This document shows, one piece after another, positions 38,151-51,507 of a DNA stretch of 64,000 nucleotides (the first letter of the stretch is position 1; each line of letters opens with the position of its first letter). Under the pieces are notes generated by a model. That model was not told the DNA's origin. It saw nothing but the letters and a program-made list of their open reading frames with translations, and did not search any database. The position numbers and the translations under genes are program-made. The stretch is from Prevotella sp. (GTDB taxonomy: Bacteria > Bacteroidota > Bacteroidia > Bacteroidales > Bacteroidaceae), in contig DLZV01000008.1 in assembly GCA_003447235.1 (NCBI GenBank), forward strand, positions 59,612 through 123,611. Direction: 5' to 3'.

Positions 38151-38942
38151 TCAAAGCATCGTGACGGAGGCGTTGCCACCATTAACGACAATCACCTCAA
38201 TACCCATTTCCTCCAAAGCGGTACGGTCCGTGGGACGGATATTGCCGTCGGTGATAATCACATCGACCTCGTCCATACCACAAATCTTCGCAAAACCACG
38301 GCGTCCAAACTTCGACGAGTCGGCAAGGACTATGTTCTTCTGTGCCACCCCCATCATCACCTTATTGAGATGGGCCTCACGAAGATCGGTCGTAGTGATG
38401 CCATACTCCAGGTCGATGCCATCGACACCAATAAAGAGTTTGCTAAAAGTGCAGCCAGCAAGCGTCTGCTCGCCATCGGGGCCTACTACCGAGAGACTGC
38501 TATGACGCAATCTGCCACCCAGCTGGATGACCTCTATCTCCGAATTGGCTGCCAAGGCCTCAGAAACCTTGATGGACGACGTGACCGCCGTGAACCTGGG
38601 ACTGTGCTGAAGGCATTGTGCAAAAGCGGTAACTGTCGTGCCAGACGCGATGACAATGGAGTCGTTGGGCATGACAAGCTGGGCAGCTGCTGTGCCTATA
38701 TTATATTTCTCCTCTGGAAAGAGCTTTTCCTTCTCGTTCACGGAACGGTTGGCCGTGAACGGATTGATCAGAATGGCCTTGCCATGACTACGGTATAAGC
38801 GTCCCTGGCGTTCCAAGTCGGTAAGGTCTTTGCGTATCGTAACCGCCGAGACCTGCAGGTTGTCGCTCAAAGCCGACACCAGAACCGACCCTTGCTTGAG
38901 CAGCTGGTCGAGGATGGCGGACTGTCTTTCTTCTTTGGTCAT
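38151..38942 (-). CDS. DeoR/GlpR-family transcriptional regulator
   Basis: 263 aa. N-terminal HTH (ERQSAILDQLLKQGSVLVSALSDNLQVSAVTIRKDLTDLE) plus a C-terminal sugar-phosphate-binding DeoR_C domain. Confidence 0.85.
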   Translation of the reverse strand: MTKEERQSAILDQLLKQGSVLVSALSDNLQVSAVTIRKDLTDLERQGRLYRSHGKAILINPFTANRSVNEKEKLFPEEKYNIGTAAAQLVMPNDSIVIASGTTVTAFAQCLQHSPRFTAVTSSIKVSEALAANSEIEVIQLGGRLRHSSLSVVGPDGEQTLAGCTFSKLFIGVDGIDLEYGITTTDLREAHLNKVMMGVAQKNIVLADSSKFGRRGFAKICGMDEVDVIITDGNIRPTDRTALEEMGIEVIVVNGGNASVTML

Positions 38943-39127
38943 AATTTACATTGGTTTATACAAAAGTAAGCATTTCTCTTTAACCATCCCACCTCTGTTT
39001 CGTTGATTAACTTTATTTAAATGAAAAACAATCCAAAACAGCTATTTCGGGTATCTTTTTGCTTGCTTACGCAAGAGAAACGAAAGTCATTCACGATATC
39101 AGCGTCATTCAGAAACGAGATAAAACA

Positions 39128-40018
39128 TCAACTTTTGCGGAATGTGGACGGACTGACTCCGACATGATCCTTGAAGAATTTTCCAAGGAAACTCTGGTTG
39201 GGGAAGTTCAAATACTCCGCAATCTCCTTGATGCTCTTATCTGAATTTTTCAGCAACAGACGCAGTTCCAACACGACATAGTAGTCTATCCATTCGTTGG
39301 GCGTTCGCTTGCTGATGGTCTTGATGGTTTCGGATAGATATTTTGGGGTGATACAAAGCTGATGGGCATACCAACTGACGCGCCGCTCTTGCTTAAAATG
39401 GTCGCGGACCAGACGGATATAGTTGAAGAACACTACCTCACCGCGCGAGAACCGCTTCTTTTCCCCCATTTGGTAGCGGTAGATGACGTTACTCATGTCG
39501 TAGATGAGTGCCTTCATCAGGGTGCTGACGAGTTCCCGACGGAAGTGGTGCTCAGGCTCCAGGATCTTTGCTATGATGGTGTCGATATAACTGGACAACA
39601 CATTCGCCTCTCTTTCCGTCAACGAAAAGACAGGATGGAGCCGGGAAAAGAGGAAAAGCGTATTGAGGTCGCGGATGCCAGCGACGATATCGTTGAAGAA
39701 GTCATACGAGATCATAATCGCTATGCCGTCACAATCATCCGAGGCAAGGAAGTTCTCTATCAGCTGGCCTTCCCCGACGATGATGACATCGCCCTGCTTG
39801 ATACGTGACGCCTTGGCATCGACCGTATAGCTGGCCTCTCCCTGGGTGCAGAGAGCAAAGAAAAGACATTGCATCCGGCACGACTTCCACGGCAGAGGTA
39901 CCTCACTAAAATGCTCATAGACAAGAAAATCCTCGCCTATGAAATGTCCCTTAGGATAGAAATCTCTCGCCTGAGCGACACTTACCTCTATAAAACTGCT
40001 CTCGTCCATTATATACAT
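39128..40018 (-). CDS. AraC-family transcriptional regulator
   Basis: 296 aa. N-terminal cupin-like sensing domain and a C-terminal double HTH (IKEIAEYLNFPNQSFLGKFFKDHVGVSPSTFRK). Confidence 0.85.
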   Translation of the reverse strand: MYIMDESSFIEVSVAQARDFYPKGHFIGEDFLVYEHFSEVPLPWKSCRMQCLFFALCTQGEASYTVDAKASRIKQGDVIIVGEGQLIENFLASDDCDGIAIMISYDFFNDIVAGIRDLNTLFLFSRLHPVFSLTEREANVLSSYIDTIIAKILEPEHHFRRELVSTLMKALIYDMSNVIYRYQMGEKKRFSRGEVVFFNYIRLVRDHFKQERRVSWYAHQLCITPKYLSETIKTISKRTPNEWIDYYVVLELRLLLKNSDKSIKEIAEYLNFPNQSFLGKFFKDHVGVSPSTFRKS

Positions 40019-40141
40019 TCCCCACCTCTCCCAAAGGAGGAGGTGGGGGATTCGGTTTTATTCTATTTAAGTCATACTCCGACCACCCTGCGTAGCCTCA
40101 TCGTGATCTCGTCACACACGGGCTACCCATCCACAAGTCGC

Positions 40142-42118
40142 TTATGCGTCGATGTTGGCGTAGGTGGCATTGGCCTCTATAAACTCGCGACGCGGCTCCA
40201 CGTCGTCGCCCATGAGCATCGAGAAGATCTCGTCGGCCTCAGCAGCATTCTCAATCGTCACCTGCTTGAGCAGACGCGTCTTCGGATCCATGGTCGTCTC
40301 CCACAGCTGCTCGGGATTCATCTCTCCCAAACCTTTGTAGCGCTGTGTATGAACACCCTTGCCGTCCTCCACGCCATTGGCGTATTTGTCGAGGAAGATC
40401 TGGCGCTGCTGCTCGGTGTAGCAATACTCCGAAATCTTCTTGTAGGTACACTTATAGAGCGGCGGCGTAGCGATATAGAGGTGTCCCTCCTCGATGACGC
40501 GCGGCATGTAGCGATAGAAAAGCGTCATAATGAGCGTGTCGATGTGCGAGCCATCGACATCGGCATCGGTCATGATGATAATCTTGTCGTAGCGGAGCTT
40601 GTCGGTATTGGCCTCAAAGTCATCCTGGCCGTCATCCACACCAAAGCGGACACCGATGGACTGGATGATATTCATCACCGACTCTGCCTCGAACACACGA
40701 TGGCGCTGCACCTTCTCCACATTCAGGATCTTACCACGAAGCGGCAAAATAGCCTGGGTGTATCGGTCGCGGCCCTGCTTGGCTGATCCTCCTGCCGAGT
40801 CGCCCTCGACCAGGAATATCTCAGCGCGCTTCGGATCACGTATGGAGCAGTCGGCAAGTTTGCCAGGAAGGCCACCACCACTCATCACGTTCTTGCGCTG
40901 CACACTCTCGCGAGCCTTGCGTGCGGCAATACGTGCCGTGGCTGCCAGCACCACCTTGTTGCAAATAAGCTTCGCCTCGTCGGGATGCTCCTCCAGATAG
41001 TCGGCCAAAGCTTCGCCGACAGCCTGCTGCACTGCTCCCGAGACCTCGCTATTGCCGAGCTTCGTCTTGGTCTGACCCTCAAACTGGGGTTCAGCCACCT
41101 TGATGGAGATGACGGCCGTCAAGCCCTCACGGAAGTCGTCGCCCACAATGTCGATCTTCGCCTTCTCAATCTGCTTTGAGATCTGGGTGTCGTTGTCGGC
41201 ATAAGCCTTCAGCGTCCTGGTCAGCGCGGTACGGAATCCCGTGACGTGGGTACCACCCTCGATGGTGTTGATATTGTTGACGTATGAATGAAGATTCTCA
41301 TTGTAGTCCGTGTTGTACATGATAGCCACCTCGATGGGCACGCCCTGCTTCTCGGTCTTCAGGTAGATGACATCATCGAAGAGGTGGGTGCGATGGCGGT
41401 CGATGTAGCGGACAAACTCCTTGAGGCCCTCCTTGGCATGGAACACCTCCTGGCGTGTCTTGCCCGTCTCGGGATCAGGATGCTCATCCGTCAGGGTAAT
41501 CTTCACGCCGGCGTTGAGGTAGGCCAGCTCCCGCATACGACGTGCGATGATTTCCCACTTGAAAGTCGTTGTGGTGAAGATAGTGCCGTCGGGCCAGAAC
41601 TGCTGTCTCGTACCGTGCTTGTCCGTCTTTCCAACAATCTTCACGGGATACAAAGGCTTGCCCTGCTCATATTCCTGCTGGTAGATATTGCCGTCACGAA
41701 AGACCTGCGACATCATGTGCGTGGAGAGCGCATTCACACAACTCACACCCACACCATGCAGACCGCCAGACACCTTGTACGAGCCCTTGTCGAACTTACC
41801 GCCCGCATGGAGGACAGTCATAACCACCTCCAGCGCGCTTTTGTGGAGCTTCTTGTGTTCATCGACAGGGATTCCACGACCGTCATCCTCCACGACAATC
41901 GATCCATCCGCACAGATCGTCACCTCGATGTGGCTGCAATAGCCCGCCATGGCCTCGTCGATGGAGTTGTCCACCGTCTCGTTGATGAGATGATGGAGAC
42001 CCTTCTCGCTGATGTCGCCGATATACATGGCTGGACGCTTGCGCACAGCTTCCAAACCTTCAAGGACTTGTATGTTACTGGCCGAATAATTTTGTTCGGC
42101 AGCCTGAATATCTTCCAT
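40142..42118 (-). CDS. gyrB: DNA gyrase subunit B
   Basis: 658 aa. GHKL ATPase N-terminus (IQVLEGLEAVRKRPAMYIGD, HHLINETVDNSIDEAMAGYC), the Toprim motif (EIFLVEGDSAGGSAKQGRDR) and the PLRGKILNVEK motif. The length fits Bacteroidetes GyrB rather than ParE. Confidence 0.85.
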   Translation of the reverse strand: MEDIQAAEQNYSASNIQVLEGLEAVRKRPAMYIGDISEKGLHHLINETVDNSIDEAMAGYCSHIEVTICADGSIVVEDDGRGIPVDEHKKLHKSALEVVMTVLHAGGKFDKGSYKVSGGLHGVGVSCVNALSTHMMSQVFRDGNIYQQEYEQGKPLYPVKIVGKTDKHGTRQQFWPDGTIFTTTTFKWEIIARRMRELAYLNAGVKITLTDEHPDPETGKTRQEVFHAKEGLKEFVRYIDRHRTHLFDDVIYLKTEKQGVPIEVAIMYNTDYNENLHSYVNNINTIEGGTHVTGFRTALTRTLKAYADNDTQISKQIEKAKIDIVGDDFREGLTAVISIKVAEPQFEGQTKTKLGNSEVSGAVQQAVGEALADYLEEHPDEAKLICNKVVLAATARIAARKARESVQRKNVMSGGGLPGKLADCSIRDPKRAEIFLVEGDSAGGSAKQGRDRYTQAILPLRGKILNVEKVQRHRVFEAESVMNIIQSIGVRFGVDDGQDDFEANTDKLRYDKIIIMTDADVDGSHIDTLIMTLFYRYMPRVIEEGHLYIATPPLYKCTYKKISEYCYTEQQRQIFLDKYANGVEDGKGVHTQRYKGLGEMNPEQLWETTMDPKTRLLKQVTIENAAEADEIFSMLMGDDVEPRREFIEANATYANIDA

Positions 42119-42373
42119 GTTGCTTCATTTTCTTTTATAGACCGCAAAGGTACGAAAAAACATGCGAATACGGAAATTTTTAATCGCCAAATCCCACGCT
42201 TTCGCCCACCCAGGCGGTTAGGAACCAAGCTTTTTCCGACTTTGTCGCTTTTCACACACACCAAGACACGAACCATTGGAACGCAAAAGGGCATCCATCA
42301 CACATCATATAGATATGCAATGGATGCCTTCGTTGGTGCTATAGACTTATAGAACCCTTTGAAAAGTTCTTAT

Positions 42374-42628
42374 TTATCCGAGAGCAACGATGTGCTTAGT
42401 GAGGCTTGACTTGAGGTTGGCCGCCTTATTCTTGTGAATAATGTTGGTCTTAGCCAGCTTGTCCAGCATCTTCTGCACAGTCGGATACAGCTTCAGAGCT
42501 GTCTCCTTGTCCGTCGTGGCACGCAGTTTGCGAACGGCATTGCGCATCGTCTTAGCATAATACTTATTATGAAGCGTGCGAACCTTCTCCTGACGGATTC
42601 TCTTCAACGATGATTTGTGATTTGCCAT
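42374..42628 (-). CDS. rpsT: 30S ribosomal protein S20
   Basis: 84 aa ([34 protein letters not shown]...), the characteristic basic S20 sequence. Confidence 0.9.
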   Translation of the reverse strand: MANHKSSLKRIRQEKVRTLHNKYYAKTMRNAVRKLRATTDKETALKLYPTVQKMLDKLAKTNIIHKNKAANLKSSLTKHIVALG

Positions 42629-42662
42629 CTTTACTTGTTTTCTTCTTTTTTTTATTTTCTTG

Positions 42663-42734
42663 CAGTCCCTAGCAGAGTCGAACTGCTCTTTAGAGAATGA
42701 AAATCTCTCGTCCTAACCGATAGACGAAGGGACC
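42663..42734 (-). tRNA. tRNA-Glu (anticodon UUC)
   Basis: Minus strand reads GGTCCCTTCGTCTATCGGTTAGGACGAGAGATTTTCATTCTCTAAAGAGCAGTTCGACTCTGCTAGGGACTG. Cloverleaf folded by hand: 7-bp acceptor stem, D stem GTCT/GGAC, anticodon stem AGAGA/TCTCT with loop TTTTCAT (anticodon TTC), T stem AGCAG/CTGCT with loop TTCGACT. CCA is not encoded. It closely resembles E. coli tRNA-Glu. Confidence 0.75.
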
Positions 42735-42881
42735 CCTGCTAAATTTTTGCGGGTGCAAAGTTACTGCTTTTTTTCATTTCAGCCAAATATTGCCAAGTAA
42801 AAATTATCTAAATGGCTATATTTTTGTGCCTTAGCTGCAATACTTGGTGGTTTGTCTGGCTTTTTTCATACCTTTGCACAC

Positions 42882-43616
42882 ATGGAAGAAGTGAAGACGC
42901 GGGCCATTGTGCTCCGTACCGTGAAGTATGGCGACAACGCCATCATCGCCGACTTACTCACCGAGGCACAAGGACGCGTGTCGTTTCTCGTACGCATCCC
43001 CAAGACGGCAAGGGGGCGAGTACGACGCCAGCACTTCCTGCCCCTGACTCTTTTGAGTATCGACTACGACTTTCGCCTGCGCAGTTCTTTGCAGCGCTTG
43101 CGCGAGGTGCGCATAGACCAGCCCTACCTTCACATCCCGATCAATCCGTCGAAACAGGCCATCCTGCTCTTTCTCGCAGAGTTTCTCACCTACGCCACAC
43201 GCGACGAACAGCAGAACGTCCCCCTTTTTCTCTTCATCCGTTCCAGCCTGCTATGGCTCGATGAGACCGAAGCGCGCTTTGCCAATTTCCACCTTGTCTT
43301 CATGGCGCGCATGAGCCGCTTCTTAGGATTCTGGCCCAACCTCGAAGACTACCACGAGGGATGCTACTTCGACCTCCGTGGTGCAACGTTCACGCCGCTG
43401 CGTCCGCTCCATCCCGACTTTCTGCCACCCGAAGACGCTGCCCATGTCGGGTTGTTGATGCGCATCAGCTATCCCACTATGCACGTCTTTCTTCCGACAC
43501 GCGAGGAGCGCAACCGCATCGCAGGGATCATGCTGTCCTACTATCGCCTCCACGTACCCAACATGCCCGATCTCCGTTCCCTTCCCGTGCTCCGCGAGCT
43601 GTTTGCAGGAGGATGA
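42882..43616 (+). CDS. recO: DNA repair protein RecO
   Basis: The ORF is 42852..43616. The likely start is MEEVKTRAIVLRTVKYGDNAIIADLLTE at 42882, which is a RecO N-terminal OB-fold signature. The ~245-aa length fits. Confidence 0.8.
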   Translation: MEEVKTRAIVLRTVKYGDNAIIADLLTEAQGRVSFLVRIPKTARGRVRRQHFLPLTLLSIDYDFRLRSSLQRLREVRIDQPYLHIPINPSKQAILLFLAEFLTYATRDEQQNVPLFLFIRSSLLWLDETEARFANFHLVFMARMSRFLGFWPNLEDYHEGCYFDLRGATFTPLRPLHPDFLPPEDAAHVGLLMRISYPTMHVFLPTREERNRIAGIMLSYYRLHVPNMPDLRSLPVLRELFAGG

Positions 43617-43841
43617 CGACGAGGTCGGAGGATGGTCTCCAGAAACGGGACCTTCGCAGCCAAGTCACCCAGGGAAACTGTTCGGCAGGCATCCCACTCG
43701 CTATTAGGCAGACCATTCCTGCGATCCAGCAGCAAGTTTTGGCAATGGCGACAACCTTATCGTGTCAAACATTCGGACGAACCAGTTTTTTTTCGTACTT
43801 TTGCAGCATAGTTGCCACATAACCTTATAACGCTCGAAGAA

Positions 43842-46151
43842 ATGAAACGGTTTCATCAATTATCCGCACTTGCCCTTCTTTTGCTGGCGGGAAGTGCGAG
43901 CCTATCGGCCCAGCAGCCCGTCACGCCTGTCGATCATGTATCGACATTAGTGGGAAGCGCTTCGAAATTTAGCCTTTCCACAGGCAACACCTATCCCGCC
44001 ATCGCCCTGCCCTGGGGCATGAACTTCTGGGTGCCGCAGACGGGCAAGATGGGCGATGGCTGGCAATACACCTACGATGCCAACCAAATCAGGGGTTTCA
44101 AGCAGACCCACCAGCCCAGCCCGTGGATCAACGACTACGGCCAGTTTGCCATCATGCCGACTGTTGGCAAGGTGGATTTCGACGAAAACCGCCGTGCCAG
44201 CTGGTTCTCCCACAAGGCAGAAACGGCCTCGCCCTATTATTATAAGGTATATCTGGCCGACTACGACGTGACGACAGAGATAACGCCGACGGAGCGGGCG
44301 GCCCTTTTCCGCCTCACCTTCCCCGCGACAGACTCCGCCAACATTCTGATTGACGCCTTCGACCACGGATCCTCCATCACCATCCAGCCCGAGAAGCGCA
44401 GGATCGTGGGCTACACAACACGCAATAGCGGCGGTGTACCCGACCATTTCAAAAACTACTTCGTCCTGGAGTTTGACCGTCCTTTCACCGTCTCCCACGT
44501 AGGAAGCGTTGATGCCGACTACCATTTCGTGGCCTCGGACGATGACTGTGCCACCGCCGACCATGCCGTGGCAGCCGTCAGTTTCGCCACAAAGCGGGGC
44601 GAGCAAGTGGGCGTGCGCGTCGCCTCGTCGTTTGTCTCGGCAGACCAAGCCCTGCAAAACCTCAAGGAACTGGGCGACGCCGACTTCGACCGACTCCGCC
44701 AGCAGGGACGAGATCGCTGGAACGACGTGCTTGGCCGTATCGAGGTCAGCGATGCCAATACCGACCACCTGCGAACCCTGTATAGCAACCTCTACAGATG
44801 CGTGCTCTTCCCCCGTATGTTCTTCGAAGTCAACGCCCAAGGCGACACCATCCACTATAGTCCATACAATGGCAAGGTGCTCCCTGGAGCCATGTTCACG
44901 GATACGGGCTTCTGGGACACGTTCCGCGCGCTGATGCCGCTTGTCGATTTGGTCTATCCCTCGATGGGCAGACTAATGCAAGAGGGGCTTGTCAACGCCT
45001 ACAAGGAAAGTGGATTCCTGCCCGAATGGGCCAGTCCAGGCCACCGCGACTGTATGGTCGGCAACAACTCTGCTTCTGTTGTGGCCGACGCCTACCTCAA
45101 AGGACTACGGGGCTACGATGCGGAGACGCTCTGGCAGGCTGTCGTCCATGGCGCCAACGCCCACCATCCCTCTATCGGCAGCACGGGACGAATGGGTTTC
45201 GAATACTACAACCGTCTCGGCTACGTGCCCTACGACGTGAAGATCAACGAGAGCGTGGCACGCACCCTGGAGTATGCCTACAACGACTGGTGCATCTATC
45301 AGTTTGGCAAAGCGCTGGGCAAAAGTCTTCGCGAGTTGCGACCCTACCGGGAACGGGCGATGAACTACCGCAACGTCTTCGACCCAGAGACCCGCCTGAT
45401 GCGTGGACGACTGAAGGACGGGAAAATTCAGTCGCCCTTCAACCCCTTTAAGTGGGGGGATGCCTTCACCGAAGGCAATAGCTGGCACTGGACGTGGTGC
45501 GTATTCCATGACCCCGAGGGACTGATACAACTCATGGGAGGCCGCGACGGCTTCAACCAGATGATGGACAGCGTCTTCGTCGTGCCGCCCATCTTCGACG
45601 ACAGTTACTACGGACAGGTGATCCACGAGATACGCGAGATGCAGGTGATGGACATGGGCAACTACGCCCATGGCAACCAACCGATCCAGCACATGGTCTA
45701 TCTCTACGCCTATAGCGGTCAGCCCTGGAAGACACAGTATCGGGTCCGACAGGTGATGGACCGCCTCTACTCTGCCCTTCCCGACGGCTATTGCGGAGAC
45801 GAGGACAACGGACAGACCTCGGCCTGGTATGTCTTCTCCGCCCTCGGCTTCTACCCCGTCTGTCCAGGAAGCAACCAGTATGTCCTGGGCGCACCCTATT
45901 TCGACCAAGTCAAGGTGCACCTGGAGAATGGCAATAGTCTCCTAATCCGTCGCGACGGCAACAGCGGTCCCTATGTGGACCAACTTCTGCGCGACGGGGT
46001 GGCCTACGACCGCAACTACCTCGACCACGAGGATCTCCTCCAAGGACTGAGTCTCGACTTCAAGATGTCGGGACAACCCAACCTCTCGCGTGGCACAAGG
46101 CCTGAGGATGCACCCTATTCCTTTAGCGACGAACTGAAGGAGCGACGCTGA
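43842..46151 (+). CDS. GH92-family alpha-mannosidase, secreted
   Basis: The ORF is 43812..46151. The likely start is MKRFHQLSALALLLLAGSASLSA|QQ at 43842. GH92 hallmarks are present (GDEDNGQTSAWYVFSALGFYPVCPGS and the GNQP motif region). It is ~770 aa. Confidence 0.9.
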   Translation: MKRFHQLSALALLLLAGSASLSAQQPVTPVDHVSTLVGSASKFSLSTGNTYPAIALPWGMNFWVPQTGKMGDGWQYTYDANQIRGFKQTHQPSPWINDYGQFAIMPTVGKVDFDENRRASWFSHKAETASPYYYKVYLADYDVTTEITPTERAALFRLTFPATDSANILIDAFDHGSSITIQPEKRRIVGYTTRNSGGVPDHFKNYFVLEFDRPFTVSHVGSVDADYHFVASDDDCATADHAVAAVSFATKRGEQVGVRVASSFVSADQALQNLKELGDADFDRLRQQGRDRWNDVLGRIEVSDANTDHLRTLYSNLYRCVLFPRMFFEVNAQGDTIHYSPYNGKVLPGAMFTDTGFWDTFRALMPLVDLVYPSMGRLMQEGLVNAYKESGFLPEWASPGHRDCMVGNNSASVVADAYLKGLRGYDAETLWQAVVHGANAHHPSIGSTGRMGFEYYNRLGYVPYDVKINESVARTLEYAYNDWCIYQFGKALGKSLRELRPYRERAMNYRNVFDPETRLMRGRLKDGKIQSPFNPFKWGDAFTEGNSWHWTWCVFHDPEGLIQLMGGRDGFNQMMDSVFVVPPIFDDSYYGQVIHEIREMQVMDMGNYAHGNQPIQHMVYLYAYSGQPWKTQYRVRQVMDRLYSALPDGYCGDEDNGQTSAWYVFSALGFYPVCPGSNQYVLGAPYFDQVKVHLENGNSLLIRRDGNSGPYVDQLLRDGVAYDRNYLDHEDLLQGLSLDFKMSGQPNLSRGTRPEDAPYSFSDELKERR

Positions 46152-46154
46152 CCA

Positions 46155-46213
46155 CATCCCGAACGCGTCCCGAAGGCATCCCGAAGGCATCCCGAAGGCA
46201 TTTCCAAAGGCAT
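46155..46213. repeat. 11-bp tandem repeat, TCCCGAAGGCA x3 perfect plus degenerate flanking copies
   Basis: CATCCCGAACGCG | TCCCGAAGGCA | TCCCGAAGGCA | TCCCGAAGGCA | TTTCCAAAGGCA, lying between the GH92 stop and the GH29 start. The same unit in reverse orientation recurs at 59831..59864. Confidence 0.85.
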
Positions 46214-46249
46214 TCGCCATTCACTCTCACCCATCAACAACAAATAAAA

Positions 46250-48067
46250 ATGAAGCACCTTATCCTTGCACTAACGACCGCCCTCTGCGGTCTTCAACCT
46301 CTTCAGGCACAGACCGACGCCCCTACACCCATCCCACCGCTGCCCTCAGAGGCACAGGTGGCATGGCACCAATTGGAGACCTACGCCTTCATCCACTTCG
46401 GTCCGAACACCTTCGGAGACCGCGAATGGGGCTATGGCGACGCTCCATTGGAGAGTTTCAATCCCACCCGCCTCGACTGTGAGCAATGGGCACGGACGGT
46501 AAAGGCGGCGGGAATGAAGGGTATCATCCTTACGGCCAAGCATCATGACGGTTTTTGTCTATGGCCGACGAAGCAAACCGACTACTGCGTCCGCAACACG
46601 CCCTACAAGGGCGGGAAGGGCGATGTTGTTGGGGAGTTGGCTGCCGCATGCCGAAAGTACGGACTCCACCTGGGACTATACCTTTCGCCGTGGGATCGCC
46701 ATCAGGCTTTCTACGGCACTCCCCTCTACGTGGAATACTTCTATGCGCAACTCCAGGAACTGCTGACGCAATATGGCGAACTGTTCGAAGTGTGGTTCGA
46801 CGGCGCCAATGGCGGCGACGGCTGGTATGGTGGCACGAAAGAGGAGCGCACTATCGACCGCAAGACCTACTACAATTTTCCAAGGGCATGGAAGATGGTG
46901 GCCGAACTCCAACCGAAGGCAGTCATCTTCTCCGACGAGGGACCGGGATGCCGATGGGTCGGCAACGAGAAGGGATTTGCGTTTGCCACCAACTGGGCTT
47001 TCCTGCGCAGTAAGGATGTACATCCTGGCTACGAGCGCTACTGGGAACTGCAGCAAGGCCATGCCGACGGCGACGCCTGGGTGCCTGCGGAATGCGACGT
47101 CAGTATCCGTCCAGGATGGTTCTACCACGAAAAGGAGGACGGAAAGGTGAAGACGGTGGACCAACTGGTCGATCTCTACTACCGCAGCGTGGGCCATAAC
47201 GGATCCCAGCTCATCAACTTCCCCGTCACCCCGGAGGGACTGATACACCCCACAGACTCCGCAAGGGCCGTGGAGGCATACCAGGTGATTAGCAAGGAAC
47301 TGGCCACCAACCTCCTCAAGGGGGCGAAGGTGAAGGCGACGGCCACACGAGGAGATGCTTTCTCTACACGGACGCTGACAGATGGCGACTTCCACACTTA
47401 TTGGGCTACGCCCGATGGCGTGACGACGGCCACGCTCTCCTTCACATTCCGCAAACCGACGCAGGTGAACCGCCTCAAACTGCAGGAGTATATTCCGCTT
47501 GGACAGCGAGTCGAACGTTTCGTGGTGGAATATCTCGACCATGGTGTTTGGACATCCATCAACGCGGGCGAGGAGACTACCACCATCGGCTACCAGCGAC
47601 TGCTGCGCTTCAAGACCATCACCACCCGCCAACTTCGCATACGCTTCCTCCAGTCACGCGGACCGCTCTGCATCAATGAGATGGGAGCCTACTACGCGCC
47701 CAACGCCAAAGAACGCTATACCGAACGGGTGGAAGAGATGGCAACGCTGCCTTTCTCAGTGGCCGACACCACACCGAAGGCCATCACCTTCGACCTCGGC
47801 GAGTCGAAGACGATCCGTGCCTTCTTCTACCTTCCCACACAATCGGTGAGGAACGAGGGGACGGCGGCCAACTATGAGTTGTGGGCTGGCGAGACACCGG
47901 AGGCTATGCAGAAGGTAGCGGAGGGAGAATTTTCCAACATCCGCAACCACCCCGTCTTGCAAGAAGTCTATTTCACACCCGTATCGGCCCGCTACATCCA
48001 GTTGCGCGCCATCCGCATGGTGCGTCCGGGCGAGGCGTTGAAGTATGAGAGAATAGCCATCCAATAA
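46250..48067 (+). CDS. GH29 alpha-L-fucosidase with C-terminal F5/8 type C (discoidin-like) domain, secreted
   Basis: 605 aa with signal peptide ...LQPLQA|QTD. GH29 core present (GMKGIILTAKHHDGFCLWPT, YLSPWDRH, WFDGANGG). The C-terminal ~150 aa resemble a carbohydrate-binding F5/8-C domain. Confidence 0.9.
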   Translation: MKHLILALTTALCGLQPLQAQTDAPTPIPPLPSEAQVAWHQLETYAFIHFGPNTFGDREWGYGDAPLESFNPTRLDCEQWARTVKAAGMKGIILTAKHHDGFCLWPTKQTDYCVRNTPYKGGKGDVVGELAAACRKYGLHLGLYLSPWDRHQAFYGTPLYVEYFYAQLQELLTQYGELFEVWFDGANGGDGWYGGTKEERTIDRKTYYNFPRAWKMVAELQPKAVIFSDEGPGCRWVGNEKGFAFATNWAFLRSKDVHPGYERYWELQQGHADGDAWVPAECDVSIRPGWFYHEKEDGKVKTVDQLVDLYYRSVGHNGSQLINFPVTPEGLIHPTDSARAVEAYQVISKELATNLLKGAKVKATATRGDAFSTRTLTDGDFHTYWATPDGVTTATLSFTFRKPTQVNRLKLQEYIPLGQRVERFVVEYLDHGVWTSINAGEETTTIGYQRLLRFKTITTRQLRIRFLQSRGPLCINEMGAYYAPNAKERYTERVEEMATLPFSVADTTPKAITFDLGESKTIRAFFYLPTQSVRNEGTAANYELWAGETPEAMQKVAEGEFSNIRNHPVLQEVYFTPVSARYIQLRAIRMVRPGEALKYERIAIQ

Positions 48068-51334
<3,267 letters not shown>

Positions 51335-51411
51335 CATCGGAACAATATGACAAAACCGTTAAAATAGTTGGTTTTCGCTTGTGCTCCCTTGGCCGATTCA
51401 CAGGGATTGCG

Positions 51412-51419
51412 TAACTTTG
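51412..51419 (+). promoter_or_regulatory. Candidate -7 promoter box (TAACTTTG) upstream of the uridine-kinase-family gene, inside the loop of a 9-bp stem
   Basis: TAACTTTG is identical to the efp -7 box. It is flanked by GTGCTCCCT (51381..51389) and AGGGAGCAC (51424..51432), which can pair. Confidence 0.3.
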
Positions 51420-51507
51420 TGGCAGGGAGCACATGCCGAAGACGAAGATCCATCCACCTCATCTCACGCTTTTGCTCTACATCTGAAACAGCTAAAAACG
51501 AACGCAC

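Noticed and set aside
42120-42373. Possible small gene or ncRNA between gyrB and rpsT.
   Set aside because: There is no ORF with signal features, no tRNA-like T-loop, and no strong hairpins. It is most likely the gyrB promoter region.
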